From: a virus
Reading direction: 5' to 3' (one strand)
Length of the DNA stretch: 64,000 bases
Virus record (IMG/VR): IMGVR_UViG_3300028025_003013
Span: 9,487 to 73,486 of that record
In this document: positions 15,406 to 24,919 of the stretch, one piece after another
Layout of the letters: each line of letters starts with the position of its first letter
Position numbering within the stretch: the first letter of the stretch is position 1
Program-made: the position numbers and the translations under genes
Notes under the pieces: generated by a model
What the model saw: the letters and a program-made list of their open reading frames with translations, nothing else
Databases searched by the model: none
What the model was told of the DNA's origin: nothing

Positions 15406-15413
15406 AAATATAT

Positions 15414-15490
<77 letters not shown>

Positions 15491-15504
15491 ACATCGAAGG
15501 TAAT

Positions 15505-15957
15505 ATGTTACATCTTATTGAAACTCTAACCGATAAGTTTTTTGAATTGCTTGCAGATGATCCTGTGAGACCAACCATACCACATGTGGACAGAGTTGGT
15601 GAGAACAAGGACATCTTTGTATTTCGTGATGAGAACGATACAGTGAAAGCTATTACCTGCGTCAGCTATCAGGCAACCATACCTACCAAGGAATCAGAGT
15701 TGTTTGAGCAATGCGACAATCCTACAATTGCGATCTTTTACACCATCTGGAGTTATGCTCCTGGTGCTGGCAGAAAACTAATCTTTGATGCAGTGCGACA
15801 TATCAAAGAAAACGATACATGCATAGAACGATTCATTACACTTTCTCCAAAGACTGAGATGGCTAGAAAATTCCATCTAGGAAACAAAGCCATCATCCTA
15901 AGAGAAAATGAAGAGACTGTCAACTACGAATATATACAGGAGAAAACCAATGGCTAA
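15505..15957 (+). CDS. hypothetical protein, possibly GNAT-fold
   Basis: DDPVRP.IP...FYTIWSY.PGAGR.LI...TLSP...MARKFH. Confidence 0.75.
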   Translation: MLHLIETLTDKFFELLADDPVRPTIPHVDRVGENKDIFVFRDENDTVKAITCVSYQATIPTKESELFEQCDNPTIAIFYTIWSYAPGAGRKLIFDAVRHIKENDTCIERFITLSPKTEMARKFHLGNKAIILRENEETVNYEYIQEKTNG

Positions 15958-16084
15958 TGTTAAGCAGGGTAATCTTACAAAGAGTCCTCAGTGGTGGAAA
16001 CACCTCAAGGACTTTAAGCGTTTCTTCTGGAAAGCAGAACGCAAAGCACAAAACAATGACATCAAAGGGAGACTGCATGAGTGA
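15950..16084 (+). CDS. small basic protein
   Basis: 44 aa, MANVKQGNLTKSPQWWKHLKDFKRFFWKAERK...; AGGAG SD. Confidence 0.7.
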   Translation: MANVKQGNLTKSPQWWKHLKDFKRFFWKAERKAQNNDIKGRLHE

Positions 16085-16268
16085 TACACCATCTACATTT
16101 AAGCAACAGTGGGAAGCCAAGAAGTTACTTAAACGTGCAAAGAAGAAAGCCAAGCACCAGCTACAAAAAGAAGGTTTCTCTAAGAACGAAGCCACCAAGC
16201 AGGTTAACTCAGCATTGAATCGTATTGTGGCTAATCCGATTCGCAAAGCAAGTGGTCGAGGTGGATAA
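16077..16268 (+). CDS. small basic protein
   Basis: MSDTPSTFKQQWE...; GGAG SD. Confidence 0.7.
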   Translation: MSDTPSTFKQQWEAKKLLKRAKKKAKHQLQKEGFSKNEATKQVNSALNRIVANPIRKASGRGG

Positions 16269-16567
16269 TGAGTTATAGTCGCTGGGGTGGTTCTGTATGG
16301 TATAGTTTTTACAACTGCAGTTCAGGTGACACCAGAGACACTCAGGTGCTATCTCTGTGGTACAGCATGGATCATATCATCGACTGGTTGTATGCAGATC
16401 TAGAAGATGTTACAGCTGAAGATATTGTAGAAATGTATAAATGTACGCATGCAGAAGCTACAGAAGCCATGGAGATCATAGGCTGGTTCATGGATGATGT
16501 AATGGAAGATTATCCTGATGCACTGCAAATTCTTGATAAAATAGACAAAATCGGTGAGCCCAGATGA
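16268..16567 (+). CDS. hypothetical protein
   Basis: 99 aa; TAATG coupling. Confidence 0.75.
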   Translation: MSYSRWGGSVWYSFYNCSSGDTRDTQVLSLWYSMDHIIDWLYADLEDVTAEDIVEMYKCTHAEATEAMEIIGWFMDDVMEDYPDALQILDKIDKIGEPR

Positions 16568-16634
16568 TGGAATTGGTATACATATCAGACTTAAAATCTG
16601 AGTTCTGAGGGTTCGAGTCCCTCTCTGGGCACCA
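16558..16634 (+). tRNA. tRNA-Leu(UAA)
   Basis: Loop CTTAAAA; short variable region; CCA. Confidence 0.92.
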
Positions 16635-16720
16635 AACCCTCCCCATACAGGTAGAAAAATCCCTTTAAAATCAACAACTTACGTAATCCCCTCAGTTTCT
16701 GGGGGTTTTGCAGAAACTTG

Positions 16721-16749
16721 TTGACGGAAATTGGGTTCTCATGCATAAT
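16721..16749 (+). promoter_or_regulatory. sigma70-type early promoter
   Basis: TTGACG(GAAATT)-17-CATAAT. Confidence 0.8.
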
Positions 16750-16784
16750 TATGTTATTGAGTTAGAAAACTGTTTGGAGATTAA

Positions 16785-17729
16785 ATGATGAATGCCGTGA
16801 AAACTACTGTGAATTTCGATCGTGTTACTGGTAAAAACATTGTGATGGTCGGTGATGCTGGTCCTTTTAAGACTGCAAAAACTGGCGTTGAATTAGAACG
16901 TGCTGTTGAATTCTTTTTTAAGAAAGCCACTGGCGTGAAAAAAGATTACGATCAAATTATGGGTGGTGTGTCTGTGTCCTCTGAGCCAAAAGAAGAAAAG
17001 TATGACATCAATACACGATTCGGTTTCGTCGAGAAACTCGTGTCGATGGTTGCGTCTGGTGTCCAGCCCTCTGCTGTGATTACTGGTTCTGGTGGTCTCG
17101 GTAAGACATACACTGTTACAAAAACATTGCAGTCTTCTGGCTACAAAGATATCTCTGACTTGGCTGAGTTCCAAGTCGGTTCTGTGATTAACACTCGCAA
17201 GTGCTTTACCTTTGTTAAAGGTTATTCTACTCCAAAGGGTTTGTATCGCACTCTGTTCGAAAACAACAAGTCCATCATCGTGTTTGATGATTGCGATGCA
17301 GTGTTGAAAGATCCAGTTGCTTTGAACCTGTTGAAAGGTGCTTTGGATTCTTACGGCAAACGTATCATCAGCTGGAATGCTGACATGCGTGACGATGACC
17401 TGCCACGTAGCTTCAACTTCGAAGGTCGTGTGATTTTCATTAGCAACATGAGCCAAGACAAAATTGATCAGGCTATCCGTAGTCGTTCAATGATGATTGA
17501 TCTGAGCATGACTCTTGACCAGAAGATTGATCGTATGGAGCACATTGCTTTGTCTGATGAGTTTATGCCTGAGTACACAAAGACTCAGAAGCAAGATGCT
17601 CTGGGTTTGATCCGTGACATCAAAGATGAAGCCAAGGAAATTTCCCTGCGCACTTTGATCTCGGTTACCAAGATCCGTGCCAGCAACGATGACTGGAAAG
17701 ATCTTGCTACTTACATGTTGACTGCTTAA
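16785..17729 (+). CDS. AAA+/P-loop ATPase
   Basis: Walker A GSGGLGKT, Walker B IIVFDDCD, arginine finger AIRSR. Confidence 0.88.
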   Translation: MMNAVKTTVNFDRVTGKNIVMVGDAGPFKTAKTGVELERAVEFFFKKATGVKKDYDQIMGGVSVSSEPKEEKYDINTRFGFVEKLVSMVASGVQPSAVITGSGGLGKTYTVTKTLQSSGYKDISDLAEFQVGSVINTRKCFTFVKGYSTPKGLYRTLFENNKSIIVFDDCDAVLKDPVALNLLKGALDSYGKRIISWNADMRDDDLPRSFNFEGRVIFISNMSQDKIDQAIRSRSMMIDLSMTLDQKIDRMEHIALSDEFMPEYTKTQKQDALGLIRDIKDEAKEISLRTLISVTKIRASNDDWKDLATYMLTA

Positions 17730-17739
17730 GGAGAAAGGT

Positions 17740-17973
17740 ATGAGTATAATGGCTGAGATGGTTATGGAAATACAATCTGATATCGCTGATGGTATCCTGT
17801 CCTTTGGTGCAATTGCTGAACGATATAACATTAATCGTGCGGATGTGGAATTGATTGCCGATGAGATGATGGAACAGCAATACGATGAGTCAATGGATGG
17901 TGACTTTGATTCTGCCATGGCCAGTGCTGGTTATGGAACTGACGAAGATTATGGTTATTATGGAGATGAATGA
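17740..17973 (+). CDS. hypothetical acidic protein
   Basis: SMDGDFDSAMASAGYGTDEDY motif. Confidence 0.8.
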   Translation: MSIMAEMVMEIQSDIADGILSFGAIAERYNINRADVELIADEMMEQQYDESMDGDFDSAMASAGYGTDEDYGYYGDE

Positions 17974-18214
17974 TATGTACGTATCTTATACTGAAGCCCG
18001 AGTGGCTACCCTACAATATAATCAAGAGCATGGTTCGTTCTTTGATCGTGGATCCGCTGACTCATACTATGGTCGTGAACCGATTCCCCATCGTGGTGGT
18101 GTAGGTGGTGCTTCTGGTCCAAGAATTGAATCCAACCATCCTGAAGATGTTCAGGCTTACATGGCTGGTTATGAGTTCAACGAAATGTATGGCGACAAGA
18201 AAGACTGGGGTTAA
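17966..18214 (+). CDS. hypothetical protein
   Basis: HG..FDRG.ADSYY.R...PH...Y.AGY phage motif. Confidence 0.75.
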   Translation: MNDMYVSYTEARVATLQYNQEHGSFFDRGSADSYYGREPIPHRGGVGGASGPRIESNHPEDVQAYMAGYEFNEMYGDKKDWG

Positions 18215-18215
18215 A

Positions 18216-18416
18216 ATGATATTAGAAATGGCCAATGGCTCTAAAAGAAAGTTTGATGTCAACAACAAGAAAGATGTTGAGTTGTATAGAACTTTTTTAA
18301 TGACTCGTCGTTGGGGTGGCACTGGTTGTCCTTTTGTTTTAGAATTCCCGCATCTGACGATCCCAGATATGATCAAAGATAAGATGATGCATAAGTATAT
18401 GAAGATAGAAATTTAA
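18216..18416 (+). CDS. hypothetical protein
   Basis: W...GCPF.LE.P...IPDMI motif. Confidence 0.7.
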   Translation: MILEMANGSKRKFDVNNKKDVELYRTFLMTRRWGGTGCPFVLEFPHLTIPDMIKDKMMHKYMKIEI

Positions 18417-18490
18417 GTCTCGCTGGTGTAATGGCAGCACGATGGTCTCCAAAACCATTAGTCGGAGTTCGAGTCTCTGGCGGGATGCCA
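18417..18490 (+). tRNA. tRNA-Trp(CCA)
   Basis: Loop CTCCAAA; G73; CCA. Confidence 0.92.
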
Positions 18491-18496
18491 AATAAT

Positions 18497-18571
18497 GCAG
18501 GTATAATTCAGTGGTAGAATGTCTCGTTGCCAACGAGAATGTCGTCGGTTCGAACCCGACTACCTGCTCCA
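18497..18571 (+). tRNA. tRNA-Gly(GCC)
   Basis: Loop TTGCCAA; U73; CCA. Confidence 0.94.
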
Positions 18572-18578
18572 CGTTTTC

Positions 18579-18652
18579 GCAGGGTTCGTATAGTGGTAAT
18601 ACCTTAGCCTTCCAAGCTAATGCTGAGAGTTCGATTCTCTTACCCTGCTCCA
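18579..18652 (+). tRNA. tRNA-Gly(UCC)
   Basis: Loop CTTCCAA; U73; CCA. Confidence 0.94.
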
Positions 18653-18656
18653 ATTT

Positions 18657-18732
18657 GCTGATATGGCTCAGTCGGTAGAGCACATCCTTGGTAAGGATGA
18701 GGTCACCAGTTCGATTCTGGTTATCAGCACCA
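18657..18732 (+). tRNA. tRNA-Thr(GGU)
   Basis: Loop TTGGTAA; canonical cloverleaf; CCA. Confidence 0.95.
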
Positions 18733-18748
18733 TAGTTTGGAAACAGAC

Positions 18749-18777
18749 TTGACGGAAACTTCAAATTGGAGTATAAT
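18749..18777 (+). promoter_or_regulatory. sigma70 promoter (leaderless)
   Basis: TTGACG-17-TATAAT; ATG at 18784. Confidence 0.8.
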
Positions 18778-18783
18778 TATATT

Positions 18784-19071
18784 ATGAATGATCTCTTTAA
18801 ACCTACCTTTGACTGGATTCGTGATGACTTTGTTAGTAATCGCACTCGTTTTCTTGTGGAGTTGCTTGCTTGGGCTATCAGCATTGGCTGTAGTATCACG
18901 ATGGCACTCACTGTCCCCACTCCCCCTCTTCTTGCTTTGTACCCTGTTTGGATCGCTGGTTGCGCCATGTATGCTTGGGCTGCTTATACTCGGCAATCGT
19001 TTGGGATGTTGGCTAACTACATCCTGCTTACCCTTATCGACACAGTGGGTTTGATAAGGATGCTAACATGA
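18784..19071 (+). CDS. membrane protein
   Basis: Three hydrophobic segments. Confidence 0.8.
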   Translation: MNDLFKPTFDWIRDDFVSNRTRFLVELLAWAISIGCSITMALTVPTPPLLALYPVWIAGCAMYAWAAYTRQSFGMLANYILLTLIDTVGLIRMLT

Positions 19072-19241
19072 AGTGGTTACGCTATTCAGGTATAACTTTG
19101 GGGATGACTCTCAATCCCTTTCACTGGACGTTTGTTGCTCGTTGGATTAAGCCAACTGATATGGATCCCTGTCAATATGGGTTCTATGTTTCGCTGGGAT
19201 TTATTTGGTTGCGTATATGGATTGATAATGGAGACTGGTAA
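19068..19241 (+). CDS. hypothetical protein
   Basis: 57 aa, MKWLRYSG...NPFHW...IDNGDW; coupled on both sides. Confidence 0.7.
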   Translation: MKWLRYSGITLGMTLNPFHWTFVARWIKPTDMDPCQYGFYVSLGFIWLRIWIDNGDW

Positions 19242-19444
19242 TGAAAATCGAAGATGCAGATTTTGTTTTGACAAGAAGCCAAATTTTAAAGCTGGCAGAA
19301 TTGGCCAATCATTTTAAAGACACAAAGTTTTTTAATCTGTACGAAACCAATGACAATGGTATCGGACCATCAACGCATGTTCGGTTCGATCTGTTTGAAG
19401 AGGATGATACGAAACTTAACATAACTGATGTGAGTACATGGTAA
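19241..19444 (+). CDS. hypothetical protein
   Basis: TAATG coupling. Confidence 0.7.
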   Translation: MKIEDADFVLTRSQILKLAELANHFKDTKFFNLYETNDNGIGPSTHVRFDLFEEDDTKLNITDVSTW

Positions 19445-19656
19445 TGGACGACAACAAACTTGAGAAAATCGCTTATGAGATTGATGACTTTCTTGCAGAG
19501 TTGATTACGAAGTATGAATTGGATGCGCTTGTTGCATCATCTATCATACTGGCTCGTTTGACTCGCATGAATGTTGAGGTAGATGGCGGAGAAGAATTTA
19601 AAAACCTAATGCGTAGCGCAATGGGTAAGACACTTGAACGAAATAATATACACTAG
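19444..19656 (+). CDS. hypothetical protein
   Basis: TAATG coupling. Confidence 0.7.
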   Translation: MDDNKLEKIAYEIDDFLAELITKYELDALVASSIILARLTRMNVEVDGGEEFKNLMRSAMGKTLERNNIH

Positions 19657-19664
19657 GAAAAACT

Positions 19665-20537
19665 ATGAAAATCGCAATTTGCTCGGATGTCCACCTTGAA
19701 TTTGGACAATTGAATTTGGAGAATACTGACAATGCTGAAGTTCTTGTTCTATCTGGTGATATCTGTACTGCTGTTGATCTTCGTGTTACCGATAGCATTC
19801 TTTCTTCTGCCAAAACTGATCGCTATCTTGATTTCTTTACTGCTTGTAGTCGTAACTTTCCTCATGTGGTGTATGTCATGGGCAATCATGAGCATTATCA
19901 TGGCGACTATGCTACTTCTGCTGGTTTTCTAAAAGATGCCATGAAGCAATGTGGTGATAACATTCACTTCCTCGACAAAGAAGTTTGGGAACTGAACGAC
20001 CATGTGTTTATCGGTGGCACTCTTTGGACTGACATGAATGGCGAAGATGAGATGACGATGAATCATGTGTCTCGTCGTATGAACGATTTTCAGATCTGTG
20101 AGAACAGTGCGGAGATGGTTAACTACAGAACATTTGATACTGAAGATGACCACAAGAAAGTACGATTCAAAACTCGTCCAGCAACTTTGTCTCCAAGGCA
20201 TGTAGTGGAAGACCACAAAGCCATGCTAAAGGTAATTGAAGATACTTACGACAACACTCCTCCATGGAAGACTATTGTTGTTTGTACGCATCATGCACCA
20301 AGCAAAGGTTCTGAGCATCCACGTTACAAGACGGATCAATTGATGAATGGTGCTTACAATTCTCAGTTGGATGGCTTTATCATGGATCGTCCAGGTATCA
20401 AACTGTGGACTCATGGTCACACTCATGAAGACTTTGACTACATGATTAAAGGTTGCCGTGTTGTTTGCAACCCTCGTGGTTACATTAACTACGAAGATCG
20501 TGCAGATCGTTTCGAACTTAAATTTGTTGAGGTATAA
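19665..20537 (+). CDS. metallophosphoesterase (calcineurin-like)
   Basis: SDVH, GD, GNHE, HHAP and HGHTH motifs. Confidence 0.93.
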   Translation: MKIAICSDVHLEFGQLNLENTDNAEVLVLSGDICTAVDLRVTDSILSSAKTDRYLDFFTACSRNFPHVVYVMGNHEHYHGDYATSAGFLKDAMKQCGDNIHFLDKEVWELNDHVFIGGTLWTDMNGEDEMTMNHVSRRMNDFQICENSAEMVNYRTFDTEDDHKKVRFKTRPATLSPRHVVEDHKAMLKVIEDTYDNTPPWKTIVVCTHHAPSKGSEHPRYKTDQLMNGAYNSQLDGFIMDRPGIKLWTHGHTHEDFDYMIKGCRVVCNPRGYINYEDRADRFELKFVEV

Positions 20538-20627
20538 TATGGGACTGTTGAAGTCTATTCGTGAATGGTTTGTCAATGCGTTTAAAACTAGATGCACTGG
20601 CGACTGCAACCAAGGAAGGAACTGCAC

Positions 20628-20963
20628 ATGTCGGATTACAGACCAGATAAGTGGGTAGTTGTTAAAATTACTAGCAAAGAATATCCAGCAATTCATAAGG
20701 TGTTTGCCTGTTGGTATGGTGGATGGGCTGGTTCTGATTCATGGAAGCTGAACAGTGGTATTACCAAAGCTACTCTCGAAGGCAATGTATATTCCTTTGA
20801 GGGTAGTTCTGGTTCTGTTTATGAATGTCACAAAGACTGCTACGGAACGAATGGGTATGGTAGTGGTGTTCTCAATAATATGATTGACAGAGTTGAGAAG
20901 ATTGGTGGAACAGTAGAAGTCCTACCAGAAGAAACGAATTGGTTGGAGATAAATTATGAGTAA
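20628..20963 (+). CDS. hypothetical phage protein
   Basis: Y.PDKWVVVKI...W.GG..GSDSWKLNSGI motif. Confidence 0.8.
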   Translation: MSDYRPDKWVVVKITSKEYPAIHKVFACWYGGWAGSDSWKLNSGITKATLEGNVYSFEGSSGSVYECHKDCYGTNGYGSGVLNNMIDRVEKIGGTVEVLPEETNWLEINYE

Positions 20964-21576
20964 ACCCTGCAATGAACATCCTGATGCACCCCATGGGTTC
21001 ATGCGAGACGCATCTCATGACGCAGGGGAATACGTTTGTGAATGTCATTTTTGGAACCCAGAGGAAGACTATCATAGCGACAAAGGTTATGAAGTTGGAA
21101 CATTGGAAGATTGTGAAGCATTTGACCGAAAACGAAATATGAAGTATACTATAACTGTAGAGGAAGATCCTGTAACTGGTGAACTTGTTTTACCTTTTAC
21201 GGATGAAATCATAGAGCAAGTGGGCTGGAAGATCGGTGATACGATCGACTGGAAAGATAATCATAATGGGAGTTTTACCTTGAGCAAAGTTGATAAAGTT
21301 TGGGTAATGGTTGATACGATCTTTACCTATCGCATGCGTTACTGCGTGCAAGCACCTGCCAGCAATCCAGAGTATGCTTTGGATGACGTAACGATGGAAA
21401 CTGCAAAAGAGTTTTCGCAGTTGCCTATTGGGGAACACATTGTTTCTCATCGAGTTGTTTCTGAAGCAGAAGCAATCGCCATGTGTGATGTTGACAATGA
21501 CTACTGCAAAGAATGGACTTCTGAAAAGAAGGTTGAAGTGTTTTTTACTAAAGAAGGTGAAAAGGTACAACTATGA
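20956..21576 (+). CDS. hypothetical multi-domain protein (AbrB-like middle part)
   Basis: EDP.TGEL.LPF...GW..GD...W segment. Confidence 0.75.
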   Translation: MSKPCNEHPDAPHGFMRDASHDAGEYVCECHFWNPEEDYHSDKGYEVGTLEDCEAFDRKRNMKYTITVEEDPVTGELVLPFTDEIIEQVGWKIGDTIDWKDNHNGSFTLSKVDKVWVMVDTIFTYRMRYCVQAPASNPEYALDDVTMETAKEFSQLPIGEHIVSHRVVSEAEAIAMCDVDNDYCKEWTSEKKVEVFFTKEGEKVQL

Positions 21577-21875
21577 AATATACGCTGACATGTGAACAAG
21601 GTTCTTTTAAGAACACAGTGCAGTTTGAAGAAGACTTCCTGCCGTCTGTTCTAGAGAATATGCAACTGTTTTTAAAGGGTTGTGGCTTTCACTTTGATGG
21701 TACGTTGGATATCATTAACGAAGAAACTGAAGAACTGTATAGCGACACCCATGACTTTCGTGGTATGGACTGGGAACAAACTGTTAAGGTTACTAACCTT
21801 AACCAGACAGATATGTTTGACTCCATGGATCTTCAGCATGCACCCAATTACTACGATACAGAGAGAAACAAATAA
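21573..21875 (+). CDS. hypothetical protein
   Basis: 100 aa, coupled. Confidence 0.75.
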   Translation: MKYTLTCEQGSFKNTVQFEEDFLPSVLENMQLFLKGCGFHFDGTLDIINEETEELYSDTHDFRGMDWEQTVKVTNLNQTDMFDSMDLQHAPNYYDTERNK

Positions 21876-22228
21876 TGGGAATGCCACTTGATGTTCTTTT
21901 GTTTCAGCAGGCATGTGACCAGAAATCTTCTGAGGCTAACGCTGATCTATACAAACTGTTGATCTCAGAAGAGGTCAAAGAGTTTTGGGATGCTGATGCT
22001 GAAGAAGATGACGTAGAAAGATTGGATGCCTGCATGGATATGATCTGGGTTATACTTGGATACTGTCACATGAAAGGTTACAATGTTGCTGGCGCATGGG
22101 ACGAAGTTGTTCGTACCAATATGGCAAAGGTTGATCCAGTAACAGGCAAAGTCCGTCGTCGTGAAGACGGAAAGATTCTTAAACCAGAAGGGTGGAAGCC
22201 ACCCGATATGAGTAAATTTATAAAATGA
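21875..22228 (+). CDS. MazG-like / PRA-PH family NTP pyrophosphatase
   Basis: LI.EE..E...LDA..D..WV...EV..TNM.K...R.DGKILKP. Confidence 0.88.
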   Translation: MGMPLDVLLFQQACDQKSSEANADLYKLLISEEVKEFWDADAEEDDVERLDACMDMIWVILGYCHMKGYNVAGAWDEVVRTNMAKVDPVTGKVRRREDGKILKPEGWKPPDMSKFIK

Positions 22229-22725
22229 TTACGTTATACTTAGACATGGATGGTGTGCTTTGTGATTTTCATAAAGCATACATCGCACTACCTGGAGTTG
22301 TTCCAGGAGAATTCGATCGCAAGAAATTTCGATCAGCAGTTCTCGATTACAAAATCTTTGAAGATCTGGATATGATGCCAGACACTCAAGAACTGTTGAA
22401 CCATGTTTCTAAGTTAAATGTTAAAATTGAGATCCTGACTTCCATGGGTACGCATGACCCATTTCAGGGTAACGAAGCCAAGCATCAGAAACAACACTGG
22501 TTGAACAAGCATAACATTCCTTACAGGGCTAACTTTGTTCGCAGTAAGCCAGAAAAGGCTGAGTATGCTACACCAACATCTATCTTGATTGACGACTCTA
22601 TTGGTTGCGTCAAGCCATTTGAGTTTGCTGGTGGTCATGCGATCCTTCATACAAAGGCAAAGAAAACTATTGCAGAACTGGATAATCTCATCCTTCAAAT
22701 CACTGCATTGAGCACACTACGATGA
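22225..22725 (+). CDS. HAD-family 5'(3')-deoxyribonucleotidase
   Basis: YLDMDGVL.DF...K..Y...ILIDD motifs. Confidence 0.88.
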   Translation: MITLYLDMDGVLCDFHKAYIALPGVVPGEFDRKKFRSAVLDYKIFEDLDMMPDTQELLNHVSKLNVKIEILTSMGTHDPFQGNEAKHQKQHWLNKHNIPYRANFVRSKPEKAEYATPTSILIDDSIGCVKPFEFAGGHAILHTKAKKTIAELDNLILQITALSTLR

Positions 22726-23258
22726 ACATCTTCTATCTTGATAATGATCCGAAAGTCTGTGCAGAAATGCATGTTGATAAACATTGCGTAAAGATGATAC
22801 TTGAATATGCTCAACTTCTTTCTACTGCTCATCGTATTCTTGATGGCACTGAATTTACTGGCGTCAGTAAAACTGGTCGGAAACAAACTCGATTCGTTCT
22901 TTCTGACAGCCGTGAATCTGTTCTGTATAGTGCTACTCATGTCAACCATCCTTCAGCTGTTTGGGTAAGAAAGTCCTACGAAAACTATGAGTGGTTGTAT
23001 CAACTGTTCGTTTCGTTGCTGAACGAATATACCTATCGCTACGGCAAAGTTCATGCGACACAAAGGTTAGTGGATGACCTGTATACACCACCAAGCAATA
23101 TCCCGAAGGGTATCGGATTCACCGAACCAACCCCAGCCATGCCAGACACCTACAAAGTCTCTGGCGATTCCATTTCGTCATATAAAAACTACTACCTCGG
23201 TGACAAACAGAGGATGTTCTCATGGAAAAATCGTCCAACACCAAACTGGATTCGCTAA
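22722..23258 (+). CDS. pyrimidine-dimer DNA glycosylase (DenV)-related protein
   Basis: MNIFYLD...DKH..KM.LE..QLL...TH.NHP...W...EY..RYGK.H. Confidence 0.75.
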   Translation: MNIFYLDNDPKVCAEMHVDKHCVKMILEYAQLLSTAHRILDGTEFTGVSKTGRKQTRFVLSDSRESVLYSATHVNHPSAVWVRKSYENYEWLYQLFVSLLNEYTYRYGKVHATQRLVDDLYTPPSNIPKGIGFTEPTPAMPDTYKVSGDSISSYKNYYLGDKQRMFSWKNRPTPNWIR

Positions 23259-23287
23259 ATACTATTATCCCATTACTGGAACATTGA

Positions 23288-23530
23288 ATGCCTACATATA
23301 GTTTTAGAAATAAAAACACTGGTGAGATACATGATGAAGTTATGCGCATCGCTGCTAGAGAGCAGTATCTACTAGATAATCCCCAACTCGAATCAATCAT
23401 AACAAGTGCACCTGCATTTGCTGGGGATCATATCACAATCAAAACCGACTCAGGATTTAAGGAGGTGCTACAGAAGATACATGAACGAACCCCAGGAAGT
23501 CAGCTAAACAAATCTTCATCTCAACTCTAA
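23288..23530 (+). CDS. FmdB-like small protein of T4-like phages
   Basis: MPTY.F....TGE; CTAAATA late-promoter-like site upstream. Confidence 0.75.
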   Translation: MPTYSFRNKNTGEIHDEVMRIAAREQYLLDNPQLESIITSAPAFAGDHITIKTDSGFKEVLQKIHERTPGSQLNKSSSQL

Positions 23531-23540
23531 GGAAGTCTAA

Positions 23541-24308
23541 ATGGCTCGTACCGCAGCAGCAAAAAGAATAGATAATGTACAAAGTGAGCCAGTTAAATTA
23601 AAGACAGTGAATAATCAATTACGCATACGAATTGATGACCTAAAAACTTTTCAACCCTTAACAGACAATCAAAAGTTATTCTTTGAAGCGTATAAACGTG
23701 GTGACTATTTCATGGCACTGCATGGTGTCGCTGGAACAGGTAAAACCTTTTGTGCGTTATACAAAGCGATTGAAGAGGTACTGGATAAAGCAAATCCTTT
23801 CAACAAGATTATTGTAGTTCGTTCCGCAGTTCAGTCTCGTGAGATTGGACACTTACCAGGAGATGTGGATGAGAAGATGGAAATCTATCAACAGCCATAT
23901 CGTCAGATTTGCCATACACTGTTCGATCGCAAAGACGCATGGGACAGATTAGAAGAACAACATCATATCGAATTCATCTCTACCTCATTCATTCGTGGTA
24001 TGTCCTTTGATGATGCAATCATTATTGTTGACGAGATGCAGAATATGACGTATGAGGAAATTGATACAGTCATGACACGTGTTGGTTATCGCTCCAAGAT
24101 TATCTGGTGCGGAGACTATCGTCAGACTGATCTAAATAGACGTAAGAACGATGTTACAGGAATTCTTAAATTCTTTGACATCGCCCAGCACATGAGTGCT
24201 TTCACAAGAATTGAATTTACCGTAGATGACATTGTACGTTCGTCTTTGGTTAAAGATTATATTTTGGCCAAACTCCGTTACGAAGATTACGAGGATAAAA
24301 AGAAATGA
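23541..24308 (+). CDS. phoH: PhoH-family ATPase
   Basis: GVAGTGKT, IG.LPG..EK, FIRG, DEMQN and GD..Q.D motifs. Confidence 0.93.
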   Translation: MARTAAAKRIDNVQSEPVKLKTVNNQLRIRIDDLKTFQPLTDNQKLFFEAYKRGDYFMALHGVAGTGKTFCALYKAIEEVLDKANPFNKIIVVRSAVQSREIGHLPGDVDEKMEIYQQPYRQICHTLFDRKDAWDRLEEQHHIEFISTSFIRGMSFDDAIIIVDEMQNMTYEEIDTVMTRVGYRSKIIWCGDYRQTDLNRRKNDVTGILKFFDIAQHMSAFTRIEFTVDDIVRSSLVKDYILAKLRYEDYEDKKK

Positions 24309-24919
24309 TTACTGTAGAACAATTTACCGAAATGTTCCCAAAGAACAAAAACCCACAGGCATGGACAGCAGCACTAAATGAAGTGTTGCCTACCTACAAG
24401 ATTGATACACCAGAACGCATTGCATCGTTCCTTGCTCAGTGTGGTCATGAGTCTGCTGGATTCACTGTGCTTCAAGAAAACCTAAACTACTCTGCTGATG
24501 GTCTAAACAAGATCTTCAAGAAATATTTTCCTACACTTGATTCCGCACAACCATACGCACGCAAGCCAGAGATGATTGCTAATCGTGTTTATGGTGGTCG
24601 CATGGGCAATGGCGACGAATCGTCTGGTGAAGGATATAAGTTCCGTGGACGTGGTCCGATCCAGTTGACTGGTAAAGACAACTACGCTGCATGCTCTGAC
24701 TTTTTGTTCCAAGACGACACATTGATTCAGAATCCAGATATGCTTCTTGATCCAGAGTACGCATTGCACTCAGCATGCTGGTTCTGGTGGAAGAATGATC
24801 TAAACAACTACGCAGACTCTGCTGATCTAGTTACCATGACCAAGCGTATCAATGGTGGCACTATCGGTCTCGAAGATCGTATTAAACATTACAATCATGC
24901 GATGGAAATCTTTGCGTAA
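24305..24919 (+). CDS. GH19 (chitinase-class) endolysin
   Basis: FLAQCGHES, ENLNYS, RGRGPIQLTGKDNY and TKRINGG motifs. Confidence 0.92.
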   Translation: MITVEQFTEMFPKNKNPQAWTAALNEVLPTYKIDTPERIASFLAQCGHESAGFTVLQENLNYSADGLNKIFKKYFPTLDSAQPYARKPEMIANRVYGGRMGNGDESSGEGYKFRGRGPIQLTGKDNYAACSDFLFQDDTLIQNPDMLLDPEYALHSACWFWWKNDLNNYADSADLVTMTKRINGGTIGLEDRIKHYNHAMEIFA

